A stretch of DNA of 32,000 nucleotides from Candidatus Pelagibacter ubique HTCC1062 (GTDB taxonomy: Bacteria > Pseudomonadota > Alphaproteobacteria > Pelagibacterales > Pelagibacteraceae): contig NC_007205.1 of assembly GCF_000012345.1 (NCBI RefSeq), positions 330,001 to 362,000 of the forward strand, given 5' to 3'. Below the pieces are notes generated by a model, which was given only the letters and a program-made list of their open reading frames with translations, was not told where the DNA came from and did no database searches. The position numbers and the translations under genes were made by a program. Below, piece by piece: positions 8,267 to 17,246 of this stretch; the first letter of the stretch is position 1; every line of letters begins with the position of its first letter.

Positions 8267-9535
8267 ATGAATATTCAAGAACTAAAACTAAAATCGTCTG
8301 AACAATTAATAGCTCAAGCAGAAAAGCTTGGGATTGAAAATGCTAGCACACTTAGAAAACAAGAAATTTTATTTGCTATACTAAAAAAAGTTGCAGAAAA
8401 AGAGGAGATAACTGGAGCTGGAGTTTTACAATTATTACAAGATGGGTTTGGTTTTTTAAGGGCAATGGAATCAAACTATTTGGCTGGACCAGACGATATC
8501 TATGTTAGTCCAAGTCAGATTAGAAAATTTGGTTTAAGAACAGGAGACACCGTCGAAGGTCCTGTTAGAGCGCCCAAAGAGGGAGAAAGATATTTTGCAT
8601 TATTACAAGTAGAAAAAATAAATTTTGAAGAACCAGAAAAAGCTCGTCACAAAATTGCATTTGACAATTTAACTCCACTCTACCCAAACAAACAAATGGT
8701 GATGGAAGTTGAGACAACCAAGATTGAAAAAAAACCAGATTTAACTCCAAGATTAATTGACCTTGTAAGTCCAATTGGGAAAGGTCAAAGATCAATAATT
8801 ATATCTCCTCCTAAAGCGGGTAAGACAATGATTTTACAAAGTATTGCAAACTCAATAGCTAAAAACTATCCAGAAAGTTACTTGATGGTTTTATTGATTG
8901 ATGAAAGACCAGAAGAAGTAACGGATATGAAAAGAACGGTTAAGGGTGAGGTTATCAGTTCTACTTTTGATGAGCCTGCATCAAGACACGTTGCTGTAGC
9001 TGAAATGGTAATTGAAAAAGCAAAAAGATTAACTGAGCATAAAAAAGATGTTGTAATTTTATTAGACTCAATCACAAGATTGGGTAGAGCTTATAATGCA
9101 GTAATTCCAAGTTCTGGAAAGGTGCTAACAGGTGGAGTTGACGCAAATGCACTTCAAAGGCCAAAAAGATTTTTTGGTGCCGCTAGAAATATTGAAGAAG
9201 GAGGATCATTAACAATCATCTCAACTGCACTGATTGACACGGGATCAAGAATGGATGAAGTTATTTTTGAAGAATTTAAAGGAACTGGAAATAGTGAAAC
9301 AGTTTTGGATAGAAAGATTGCAGAAAGAAGAATTTATCCAGCAATTGATATAACTAAATCTGGAACAAGAAGAGAAGAATTACTTTTTGATAAGGATGAC
9401 CTTTCAAAAATGAATGTATTGAGAAGGATCATCAGTCCTATGGGAACAATGGATGCTATTGAATTTATTAATTCAAAACTTAAAGAAACAAAAAGTAATG
9501 CGGATTTCTTTAGCTCAATGAACAAACCAGCTTAA
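8267..9535 (+). CDS. rho: transcription termination factor Rho
   Basis: Full-length Rho: N-terminal [23 protein letters not shown]-binding GFGFLR, Walker A PPKAGKT, and the [13 protein letters not shown]-terminal region. Confidence 0.97.
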   Translation: MNIQELKLKSSEQLIAQAEKLGIENASTLRKQEILFAILKKVAEKEEITGAGVLQLLQDGFGFLRAMESNYLAGPDDIYVSPSQIRKFGLRTGDTVEGPVRAPKEGERYFALLQVEKINFEEPEKARHKIAFDNLTPLYPNKQMVMEVETTKIEKKPDLTPRLIDLVSPIGKGQRSIIISPPKAGKTMILQSIANSIAKNYPESYLMVLLIDERPEEVTDMKRTVKGEVISSTFDEPASRHVAVAEMVIEKAKRLTEHKKDVVILLDSITRLGRAYNAVIPSSGKVLTGGVDANALQRPKRFFGAARNIEEGGSLTIISTALIDTGSRMDEVIFEEFKGTGNSETVLDRKIAERRIYPAIDITKSGTRREELLFDKDDLSKMNVLRRIISPMGTMDAIEFINSKLKETKSNADFFSSMNKPA

Positions 9536-9543
9536 AGTTAAAC

Positions 9544-9555
9544 TCTTTTGAGGTA
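9544..9555 (+). repeat. 12-bp direct repeat copy 1 (TCTTTTGAGGTA)
   Basis: Exact copy recurs at 9829-9840. Sits 9 nt after the rho stop codon. Confidence 0.9.
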
Positions 9556-9828
9556 AAGCTAAGTATTTTTAATTTTTGTATTTAATTTATTATTAAAGAT
9601 ATCCAATCTCGAACATTTCTTTTTCCTCATCAATTTTATCACTCAGACCACTAAAATCTCCTCTTAATGGAAATTGTTTTATTCCTATATCATTAATATT
9701 TACATTTGCATCTTGCTTAAATAATAAAGAATCTAAAAATTATCTGACCTAAGTGCTTCCACCCTTTGGATATGAAGCTAACTAAATGATCATAAAAACA
9801 ATATAATTTTATTGATTTTATCCGTTGT

Positions 9829-9840
9829 TCTTTTGAGGTA
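9829..9840 (+). repeat. 12-bp direct repeat copy 2 (TCTTTTGAGGTA)
   Basis: Exact copy of 9544-9555. Supplies a GAGG 14 nt upstream of the GT41 ATG. Confidence 0.9.
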
Positions 9841-9852
9841 TTTATTATCATA

Positions 9853-11526
9853 ATGTCTATAAAACCTGAAAATATAAATCTTAATAAAATTTTTATAAAA
9901 TATTTAAATGAAAAACAGTATAGCAAACTACAACTTCATTATGAAAAATTAGGCAAAACAGAAAAACAATTACCTGCAATAATATTTTATTATGCATGTG
10001 CTATAACATTAAATCCATCTTCAAATATTAAAAATCTCAAACACGCACACAATTTATTTGAGATGCTTTATGTTAATAATAGACATGACTTGCAACTATT
10101 ATGCAACATGATTGAACTTAGTTTTAGAACTCAAGAATTTAAAGTCGTTTTGCCCTATGTTGAAGAAGCATATAAAATTAATCAGAGTGATGAGAGGCTA
10201 TTACTTGGATTAAGTAAAATTCACCTTTATTTAGCTAATTTAAAAGAGTCTATAAAATATTATAAAATTCTATTCAAAATTAATCCCAAATCAAAAATTA
10301 ATAGAGATGAATTTTTAACATCTTTAAATTATGCCAGTGGTATAACTCAAGAATATTATCTCTCTGAATGTAAAAATTATTTAAAATTATTAGAAACCAA
10401 TAAAGATTTAGAAGATTATAATTTTAATTTTAAAAATTTAAAAAATAATAAAATAAAAATTGGTTTTTTATCAAGTGATTTTAAAACTCATCCAGTATCA
10501 TTTTTTTTAAAAGGTTTATTATTAAATTTTAATAAAGATAAATTTGAGATTAGTTTAATTAGCAATTTACACAAATCTCATTATGATAATATAACCGATG
10601 AATTAAAGTTATTAACTAAAAATTGGATAAATATTAATAGTCTATCAGATTCTGAGGCTACTAATTTATTGAGATCATTTGAGCTTGATATTTTAATAGA
10701 TCTTTGTGGTTTCTTTAGAGGAAATAGATTTCAAGTTATTTCAAATAGAGCAGCAAAAATTCAAGCTTGTTGGCTTGGCTACAATAATACAACAGGAATT
10801 AAAAACATGGATTATCTTATTGCAGACCATAATTTAATCAAAAAAGAAGAAGAAAAATTGTATTCTGAAAAAGTTTTATTTTTACCAAAAATATGGAACG
10901 CGATGACCCCATCAAACATTTTACCTGAAATACAAAAAAATAATTCGATATTTACATATGCTTCTTTTAATAATTTTCATAAAATATCAGATGACACTAT
11001 AGATGTGTGGTCTAAAATTTTGAACAATTCTAATTCTCAAATTATTTTAAAAAACCCTATGCCATCAAGTATTGTTGGTGAAGAACTAAAATTAAATCTT
11101 TTAAAGAAATTTATAGCTAGAGGGGTGGAAAAAAAAAAAATTTTATTTATTAATCGTAAAAAAGATTTCCAAGACCATTTAGGCCTCTATAATAATGTTG
11201 ATGTTGCGCTGGATACATTCCCCTACCCAGGTGTCACAACTACCTTTGATGCTGTTCTAATGGGTGTTCCTGTTTTAACAATGAAAGGTCATAATTTAAA
11301 TTCACGATGTGGAGAAAGTATAAATATTAATCTTCAAATGCAAAACTTTATCGCTGAAAACAAAGACGATTATTTTAATAAAGCTCTTTCACTTCAAAAA
11401 GAAAAAAACATTTTACAAAATTTTGGAAAAAATTTGAGAGAAAAAGTATTAAAATCATCTCTCTTCGATACAAAAGATTTTACTAAGAGTTTTGAAAAAA
11501 TTATTCAAAAAATTATTTCAAAATAA
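9853..11526 (+). CDS. TPR-repeat protein fused to a GT41 (SPINDLY/O-GlcNAc-transferase-like) glycosyltransferase domain
   Basis: The N-terminal ~190 aa are helical and TPR-like. The C-terminal part shows COG3914/GT41 hallmarks: IGFLSSDFKTHPV, DILIDLCG, CWLGYNNTTG, FASFNNFHKI, LDTFPYPGVTTTFDAVLMGVPVLT. Confidence 0.82.
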   Translation: MSIKPENINLNKIFIKYLNEKQYSKLQLHYEKLGKTEKQLPAIIFYYACAITLNPSSNIKNLKHAHNLFEMLYVNNRHDLQLLCNMIELSFRTQEFKVVLPYVEEAYKINQSDERLLLGLSKIHLYLANLKESIKYYKILFKINPKSKINRDEFLTSLNYASGITQEYYLSECKNYLKLLETNKDLEDYNFNFKNLKNNKIKIGFLSSDFKTHPVSFFLKGLLLNFNKDKFEISLISNLHKSHYDNITDELKLLTKNWININSLSDSEATNLLRSFELDILIDLCGFFRGNRFQVISNRAAKIQACWLGYNNTTGIKNMDYLIADHNLIKKEEEKLYSEKVLFLPKIWNAMTPSNILPEIQKNNSIFTYASFNNFHKISDDTIDVWSKILNNSNSQIILKNPMPSSIVGEELKLNLLKKFIARGVEKKKILFINRKKDFQDHLGLYNNVDVALDTFPYPGVTTTFDAVLMGVPVLTMKGHNLNSRCGESININLQMQNFIAENKDDYFNKALSLQKEKNILQNFGKNLREKVLKSSLFDTKDFTKSFEKIIQKIISK

Positions 11527-11585
11527 TTTCATCCTTGTTAATTTAACGTTTTACAGAACTGTAAAATAAAAGTTATAATATCAGC

Positions 11586-12917
11586 ATGACAATTTATGCT
11601 CTTTCCACTGGTCCAGGTATTTCAGGAATTGCTATTGTTAGAGTTTCTGGAAAAGATACTAAAAAAGTAATAAAACTATTAACCAACGCGGCTCTCCCAG
11701 AGACAAGAGTTGCTACTTTAAGAAAAATCAATAAAATCAATACTTCTGAGCTTATTGATGAAGGTATAATATTGTGGTTTCCTGGCCCTGAGAGCTACAC
11801 AGGGGAGGATATGGCGGAATTCCACATACATGGAAGTAAAGCAGTAATTGATGCCCTGCATCACTCTATTTCAAAAATTAAAAATTGTCGTTTAGCTGAT
11901 CCTGGAGAGTTTACAAAGCTTGCCTTTCAAAATGGAAAAATAAATTTGCTTAAGGCAGAGAGTATTGCAGATTTAATTTCAGCAGAAACTGAAATCCAAA
12001 GACAACAAGCAATTAAGATTATGAATGGAAAATCTGCAGATAAATTTAATAACTTAAGAGAAAAACTTTTAAAAATTTTATCACACGTTGAAGCAAAAAT
12101 AGACTTTCCAGATGAAGATCTGCCAGAAGATATTTTAAAAAATATAAAAAAAATTTCTAATGAAGTAATTTTAAATATAAAAAAAATTCTAGACGATCAG
12201 AAAGTTGGTGAAAGAATTAGAGAAGGTTTTAAGATTGCAATCATAGGACCAACCAACGCTGGAAAGTCTAGCTTACTAAATCACCTTTCTAATCGAGATG
12301 TAGCAATTGTTTCAGAAATAGCTGGAACAACAAGAGATGTAATTGAGACTCATTTAAATATTGATGGTTATCCAGTTGTTGTTTCTGATACTGCAGGAAT
12401 TAGAGATTCTAAAAATGAAATAGAAAAAAAAGGAATAAAATTAGCCCTTGATAAAGCAGACAATGCAGACTTAAAGTTAATTGTTATAGACGCTAAAAGC
12501 ATTGATTTTAAAGGAGTTTTGAAGGAATTGATGGACGAAAATGCAATACTAGTGATTAATAAATCAGATCTTCTAAATAAAGATTTAAATTCTGAAATAA
12601 AAAATTATGAACATGTTTTAATTTCTGTAAAAAATAATCTCAATTTAGAAGATTTAATTTCAAAGATTAAAAATAAGTTAAAAAATAAATTTATCACAAG
12701 TGAGGATATTTTAATTACCCGTGCAAGACATAGACAACATCTTGAACAAAGCTTAAATTGTTTGAAAAACTTTGAAGAAAAAAATGAAGCAGAAGATTTT
12801 GATAAAGCTGCAGAAGATCTTCGTTTAGCAACACGACATTTAGGAATGATAGTTGGGAAAGTAGATGTTGAAGAGATATTAGGTAGTATTTTCAATGATT
12901 TTTGCATTGGCAAATAA
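11586..12917 (+). CDS. mnmE: tRNA modification GTPase MnmE
   Basis: TIYALSTGPG...AIVRVSG N-terminus, G-domain GPTNAGKSSLLN / DTAGIR / NKSD, and the C-terminal FCIGK motif. Confidence 0.96.
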   Translation: MTIYALSTGPGISGIAIVRVSGKDTKKVIKLLTNAALPETRVATLRKINKINTSELIDEGIILWFPGPESYTGEDMAEFHIHGSKAVIDALHHSISKIKNCRLADPGEFTKLAFQNGKINLLKAESIADLISAETEIQRQQAIKIMNGKSADKFNNLREKLLKILSHVEAKIDFPDEDLPEDILKNIKKISNEVILNIKKILDDQKVGERIREGFKIAIIGPTNAGKSSLLNHLSNRDVAIVSEIAGTTRDVIETHLNIDGYPVVVSDTAGIRDSKNEIEKKGIKLALDKADNADLKLIVIDAKSIDFKGVLKELMDENAILVINKSDLLNKDLNSEIKNYEHVLISVKNNLNLEDLISKIKNKLKNKFITSEDILITRARHRQHLEQSLNCLKNFEEKNEAEDFDKAAEDLRLATRHLGMIVGKVDVEEILGSIFNDFCIGK

Positions 12918-13082
12918 TCAACATTAGAGGGGTTTTTTAGCCTATTTTCTCTATTTTAGTTGATAACCATAACTAATTCTTCAATTTTAATCATAAAAAA
13001 GTAGCCTTAATTAACTTAAGAAATATTTATTAAAAAAATACTGTCTGCTTGTAAATATTTATATCAGTTATAAATTTAACTT

Positions 13083-14954
13083 ATGAAAAATGATTTATCA
13101 TTTGAGGTAGTAGTTATTGGAGGAGGACATGCTGGCTGTGAAGCTGCTGCAGCGTCTGCTCGTCTTGGAATTAACACTGCCCTTTTTACACACAAAATTG
13201 AGACCATAGGAGAGATGTCTTGTAACCCAGCGATAGGTGGTCTTGGCAAAGGTCATCTTGTTAGAGAGTTAGATGCTTTAGACGGTGTGATGGGAGATGT
13301 TGCAGATAAATCAGGTATACAATTTAGATTATTAAATAGAAGTAGAGGGCCAGCGGTACAGGGGCCTAGAACGCAATCAGACAGATCATTATACCGTAAA
13401 TATATGCAAGAAAAATTACTAAACTATTGTAATTTAAGCGTTTTTTCTGATCCAGTAATAAAATTTATTTTTAATAAAAACACTATAAGTGGTTTTGAAA
13501 CAAATTCAGGTAAAAAAATTTTATGTGGTAAGCTAATCTTAACAACGGGCACATTTTTGAATGGCTTGATTCATATTGGTGATGAAAGAACACCGGCTGG
13601 AAGATTTAATGAGAAGCCTTCAACAGGATTAAGTGAACAACTTGAAAAATATGATTTCAAAATAGGAAGACTTAAGACAGGAACACCACCAAGGCTTGAT
13701 GCTAGAACAATTAAGTATGATAATTTAGAAGAACAGTTTGCAGATGAAGATCCTTACTTTTTTTCTTTCTTAACAAAAAAAAATTTAAACAAACAAATTT
13801 CATGTCGGATGACTTATACGAATGAAAAAGTTCATAAGATAATCCAAAAAAATTTAAAAAGAAGTGCGATGTATTCAGGTAGTATACAGGGGGTTGGCCC
13901 AAGATACTGTCCTTCAATAGAGGATAAGATAGTAAAGTTTGCAGATAAGGACCGTCACCAGATATATTTAGAGCCTGAGGGGCTAAATGACCACACAATA
14001 TACCCAAATGGAATATCTACTTCACTACCTGAGGATGTTCAACAAGAAATATGTAACAATATCAGTGGTTTAGAAAATGTAAAGATAATTAGACCCGGCT
14101 ATGCCATAGAATATGACTATATCGACCCTAGAGAACTATTTTTAACTCTTGAAACTAAAAAAATTCAAAATTTATACCTTGCTGGACAGATAAATGGGAC
14201 AACTGGATATGAAGAAGCTGCGGCTCAAGGTTTAATAGCGGGAATTAATGCTGCGTTATCTTTTAAGAAACAAGAACCATTTATTTTAGATAGATCAGAT
14301 GCATACATTGGAGTTATGATAGATGATTTGGTAACAAAGGGTGTTGCGGAGCCTTACAGAATGTTTACCTCAAGAGCAGAATATAGACTAAGCTTGAGAG
14401 CAGATAATGCAGACCAAAGGTTAACAAATAAGGGAATTGAAATAGGATTAATATCAAAAGAAAGAGAGGACATTTTTAAGGATAAAGAAAAAAAACTAGG
14501 AATAATATCCAAAATAATGGGTGAATCGTTAATTTCTCCAACAAAAATTAAGAGCTTTAATATTAAAATTGCAAAAGATGGCATTCTAAGAAAATCTAAT
14601 GAAATATTAACCCAAAAAGGTGTTAATATGAAAAAAATAAGAGAAATTTGGCCTGAAATTCCTTATTTTGATAAAAAAATAGATGAGCAAATTGAAATAA
14701 ATGCTCATTACAGAGGTTATCTTAAAAAACAAAAAGCAGATATATTAGCATTTAAAAGAGACGAAAATTTAGTTATACCTGAAAATGTTAATTATGATGA
14801 TCTTTCTGGACTATCAAATGAGGTAAAAGCCAAATTTAATCAAATAAAACCAAAAACTATGGGACAAGCACTGAGAATTGATGGAATAACTCCAGCTGCA
14901 GTATATATTTTGTTGTCACATGTAAAAAGAAAGTCTATTAAGCTAATAGCTTAA
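13083..14954 (+). CDS. mnmG: tRNA uridine 5-carboxymethylaminomethyl modification enzyme MnmG (GidA)
   Basis: FAD motif [12 protein letters not shown], then SCNPAIGG and [11 protein letters not shown] motifs. Full length, 623 aa. Confidence 0.97.
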   Translation: MKNDLSFEVVVIGGGHAGCEAAAASARLGINTALFTHKIETIGEMSCNPAIGGLGKGHLVRELDALDGVMGDVADKSGIQFRLLNRSRGPAVQGPRTQSDRSLYRKYMQEKLLNYCNLSVFSDPVIKFIFNKNTISGFETNSGKKILCGKLILTTGTFLNGLIHIGDERTPAGRFNEKPSTGLSEQLEKYDFKIGRLKTGTPPRLDARTIKYDNLEEQFADEDPYFFSFLTKKNLNKQISCRMTYTNEKVHKIIQKNLKRSAMYSGSIQGVGPRYCPSIEDKIVKFADKDRHQIYLEPEGLNDHTIYPNGISTSLPEDVQQEICNNISGLENVKIIRPGYAIEYDYIDPRELFLTLETKKIQNLYLAGQINGTTGYEEAAAQGLIAGINAALSFKKQEPFILDRSDAYIGVMIDDLVTKGVAEPYRMFTSRAEYRLSLRADNADQRLTNKGIEIGLISKEREDIFKDKEKKLGIISKIMGESLISPTKIKSFNIKIAKDGILRKSNEILTQKGVNMKKIREIWPEIPYFDKKIDEQIEINAHYRGYLKKQKADILAFKRDENLVIPENVNYDDLSGLSNEVKAKFNQIKPKTMGQALRIDGITPAAVYILLSHVKRKSIKLIA

Positions 14955-15595
14955 TGGAAGAAATTTTTAAAAATTATCCACTACTAAAAAATCAAAATGT
15001 TCCACGTGAAACATTAATTGAGTTTGATCTATTTATATCTATGCTACAGGAAGAAAATGAAAAAATTAATATAATAAGTAAAGAAACAGCTAAAAATGAG
15101 GTAATTAGAGAGCGTCATATAGTTGATTCAGCACAAATTATTGAATTTGTTGATTTAAATAGCAATATTATAACAGATATAGGTTCAGGCGGAGGTATGC
15201 CAGGTATAATTATATCTATTATGATCAAAAATCAAAAAAATTTAGCCAAAGTTCATTTATATGAAAAAAGTCACCATAAAAGCTCTTTTTTAAGAAAAGT
15301 ATCTAGAGATTTAAAATTAAATACTGAAGTTATGCAAGAAAATATTTTTGAAGCAGAAAAATTAGACTCGGGTACAATAATGGCAAGAGCTTTTAAACCT
15401 TTACCAATAATTTTAGATTTAGTTTATAAAAATTTTAACAGTTATAAAAATTTAATTGTCTTTATGGGAAAAAACGGAGAAAAAGTTTTAGAAGAAACTT
15501 TAATGAATTGGGATTTTGATTTTGAAAAAAAAAAAAGTATTACGAGCGAAGATTCATTTTTATTAAATATAAAAAAAATTAAAAAAAAAAATTAA
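14954..15595 (+). CDS. rsmG: 16S rRNA (guanine527-N7)-methyltransferase RsmG (GidB)
   Basis: RHIVDS and SAM motif DIGSGGGMPGI. TAATG overlap with mnmG. Position between mnmG and parA. Confidence 0.9.
   Translation: MEEIFKNYPLLKNQNVPRETLIEFDLFISMLQEENEKINIISKETAKNEVIRERHIVDSAQIIEFVDLNSNIITDIGSGGGMPGIIISIMIKNQKNLAKVHLYEKSHHKSSFLRKVSRDLKLNTEVMQENIFEAEKLDSGTIMARAFKPLPIILDLVYKNFNSYKNLIVFMGKNGEKVLEETLMNWDFDFEKKKSITSEDSFLLNIKKIKKKN
14998..15013. other. parS centromere-like site TGTTCCACGTGAAACA
   Basis: Exact match to the 16-bp ParB-binding consensus TGTTNCACGTGAAACA. Lies inside rsmG (codons N15-T20), about 0.6 kb upstream of parA. Confidence 0.8.
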
Positions 15596-15603
15596 AAAAC
15601 TAA

Positions 15604-16398
15604 ATGCAAATTATTTCTATCATAAATCAAAAGGGTGGGGTTGGAAAAACAACAACAGTAATTAATCTTGCAGCAGGTTTAGCCCAACACGAAAAAAAAG
15701 TTTTAGTAATAGACCTTGACCCACAAGGAAACGCTACTACAGGTCTTGGTCTTTCCAATTTAGAAGGCTCGACAGATACTATTTATGGGGTGCTAAATGG
15801 AACAAGAGTCATTTCTGATGTGATTAGAAAAACTGAGTTTAAAAATTTAGATATTATCACTTCGAATGTAGATTTATCTGGGCTTGAGGTTGAGACAGCT
15901 GATGATAGCATGAGAGCATTTATTTTAAAACGCGAATTAACCGCTTATTTAAATGATTCTAGAGCAACCTATGATTATGTGCTTATAGACTGTCCGCCAT
16001 CACTAAGCTTGCTTACGGTTATGGCTCTTGTGTCTTCTCACTCACTACTAGTTCCACTACAGACTGAATTTTTTGCTTTAGAGGGTTTAACCCAGCTGAT
16101 GAAAACCATAGAACGGATAAAAGTTAATTTAAATCCTGAATTAAAAATTAGAGGCATACTTTTAACAATGTTTGATAAAAGAAATAAGCTATCCACACAA
16201 GTTGAAAAAGAAGCAAGAGACTATTTTAATGAAAAAGTTTATCTAACAGTGATCCCAAGAAATGTTAGACTGTCTGAGGCACCGTCCCATGGCATGCCAG
16301 TTTTAATGTATGATAAATCTTGTCCAGGTAGTAAATCATATTTTAACTTTACAGATGAATTTATTAATCAAGAACAAACAATAGGGAGCGCCGCATAA
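15604..16398 (+). CDS. parA: chromosome partitioning ATPase ParA
   Basis: Deviant Walker A NQKGGVGKTTT, then DLDPQGN and DCPPSL motifs. Confidence 0.95.
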   Translation: MQIISIINQKGGVGKTTTVINLAAGLAQHEKKVLVIDLDPQGNATTGLGLSNLEGSTDTIYGVLNGTRVISDVIRKTEFKNLDIITSNVDLSGLEVETADDSMRAFILKRELTAYLNDSRATYDYVLIDCPPSLSLLTVMALVSSHSLLVPLQTEFFALEGLTQLMKTIERIKVNLNPELKIRGILLTMFDKRNKLSTQVEKEARDYFNEKVYLTVIPRNVRLSEAPSHGMPVLMYDKSCPGSKSYFNFTDEFINQEQTIGSAA

Positions 16399-17246
16399 TG
16401 GATGCAAATAAAATAAAAAAAGGCCTAGGTAGAGGTTTGTCATCTTTAATAGGTGAAACTAAAGTAGAAATAAATGTCAATAAAGTTTCGATATCTGATC
16501 TTGTAAGAAATAAATTTCAGCCAAGAAAAACATTTGATGCGGAAAGTTTACAAGATTTAACTAACTCAATAAAAGAGAGGGGTATTATTCAGCCTATTAT
16601 TGTCAGAAGGTCTAGTGAAGATAACTCAAAGTATGAGATAATTGCAGGTGAGAGAAGGTGGTTGTCAGCACAAAAAGCAGGGCTACACGAAGTTCCAGTG
16701 GTTATAACGAACATAGATGATTTAAAATCTTTAGAATTTGCAATTATTGAGAATGTTCAAAGAAATGATTTAAATGTAATAGAAGAAGCACAAGGTTATC
16801 AGCGTCTTATTGAAGAGTTTTCATATGATCAAGAAAAAGTAGCACAATTTATTGGAAAAAGTAGAAGCCATATTGCTAATTGTTTGAGATTACTTAACCT
16901 TCCACAAGCAGTTTTAAAGTTAATTCAAACGCAAAAATTATCAGCAGGACATGCAAAAATTTTAGTAGGTCTGGATAATGCAGAGTTTGTTGCAAATAAA
17001 ATAATTGAAAAAAATCTCTCAGTTAGACAGTCAGAAAATTTTGTTAAAATATTTAAAACTAAAAAACACTCTCTTAAAACATCTAAGGATATTAACCTAC
17101 AAGTATTGGAGAACTCAATTAGAGAAAAAATTGGTCTTAATGTTTTAATTAAAAATAAAAAAAATAATTCAGGATCTTTATTATTAGAATATAAAGATTT
17201 AGATCAGTTGAATAAAATAATTGAAATTATTAAATCTAATTATTAG
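16398..17246 (+). CDS. parB: chromosome partitioning protein ParB
   Basis: GLGRGLSSL N-terminus, ParB box QPRK...IIQPIIVR...IIAGERRW, and an HTH region. TAATG overlap with parA. Confidence 0.95.
   Translation: MDANKIKKGLGRGLSSLIGETKVEINVNKVSISDLVRNKFQPRKTFDAESLQDLTNSIKERGIIQPIIVRRSSEDNSKYEIIAGERRWLSAQKAGLHEVPVVITNIDDLKSLEFAIIENVQRNDLNVIEEAQGYQRLIEEFSYDQEKVAQFIGKSRSHIANCLRLLNLPQAVLKLIQTQKLSAGHAKILVGLDNAEFVANKIIEKNLSVRQSENFVKIFKTKKHSLKTSKDINLQVLENSIREKIGLNVLIKNKKNNSGSLLLEYKDLDQLNKIIEIIKSNY

Noticed and set aside
9596-9851. Minus-strand reading frames inside the rho/GT41 spacer. One is a stop-free stretch of about 47 codons ending at a TAA (stop at 9593-9595) that translates to ...KQDANVNINDIGIKQFPLRGDFSGLSDKIDEEKEMFEIGYL. 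The other is a 44-aa ATG-initiated ORF (9717-9851, MIINTSKEQRIK...) starting 2 bp from the GT41 ATG.
   Set aside because: The first has no usable start codon; its only ATG is 7 codons from the stop. It could at most be a decayed gene remnant. The second has a weak, badly spaced SD and a hydrophobic low-complexity tail. Open frames of this length are not statistically compelling. I cannot support either as a gene without homology searches (tblastn or HMM against relatives).
11129-11140. A 12-nt poly-A tract inside the GT41 glycosyltransferase gene, considered as a slipped-strand phase-variation switch. Similar tracts lie at 15525-15536 and 15581-15591 in rsmG.
   Set aside because: The tracts simply encode Lys runs (E-K-K-K-I here). 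Equally long A-runs occur in housekeeping genes in the same window, so they reflect AT and Lys bias and are not a dedicated contingency locus. Population-level length polymorphism data would be needed to revive the idea.
11549-11566. AT-rich inverted repeat TTTTACAG-AA-CTGTAAAA downstream of the GT41 gene, considered as an intrinsic terminator.
   Set aside because: The stem is almost entirely A-T, the loop is too small unless the stem is shortened, and no T-run follows. The evidence is insufficient to call a terminator.
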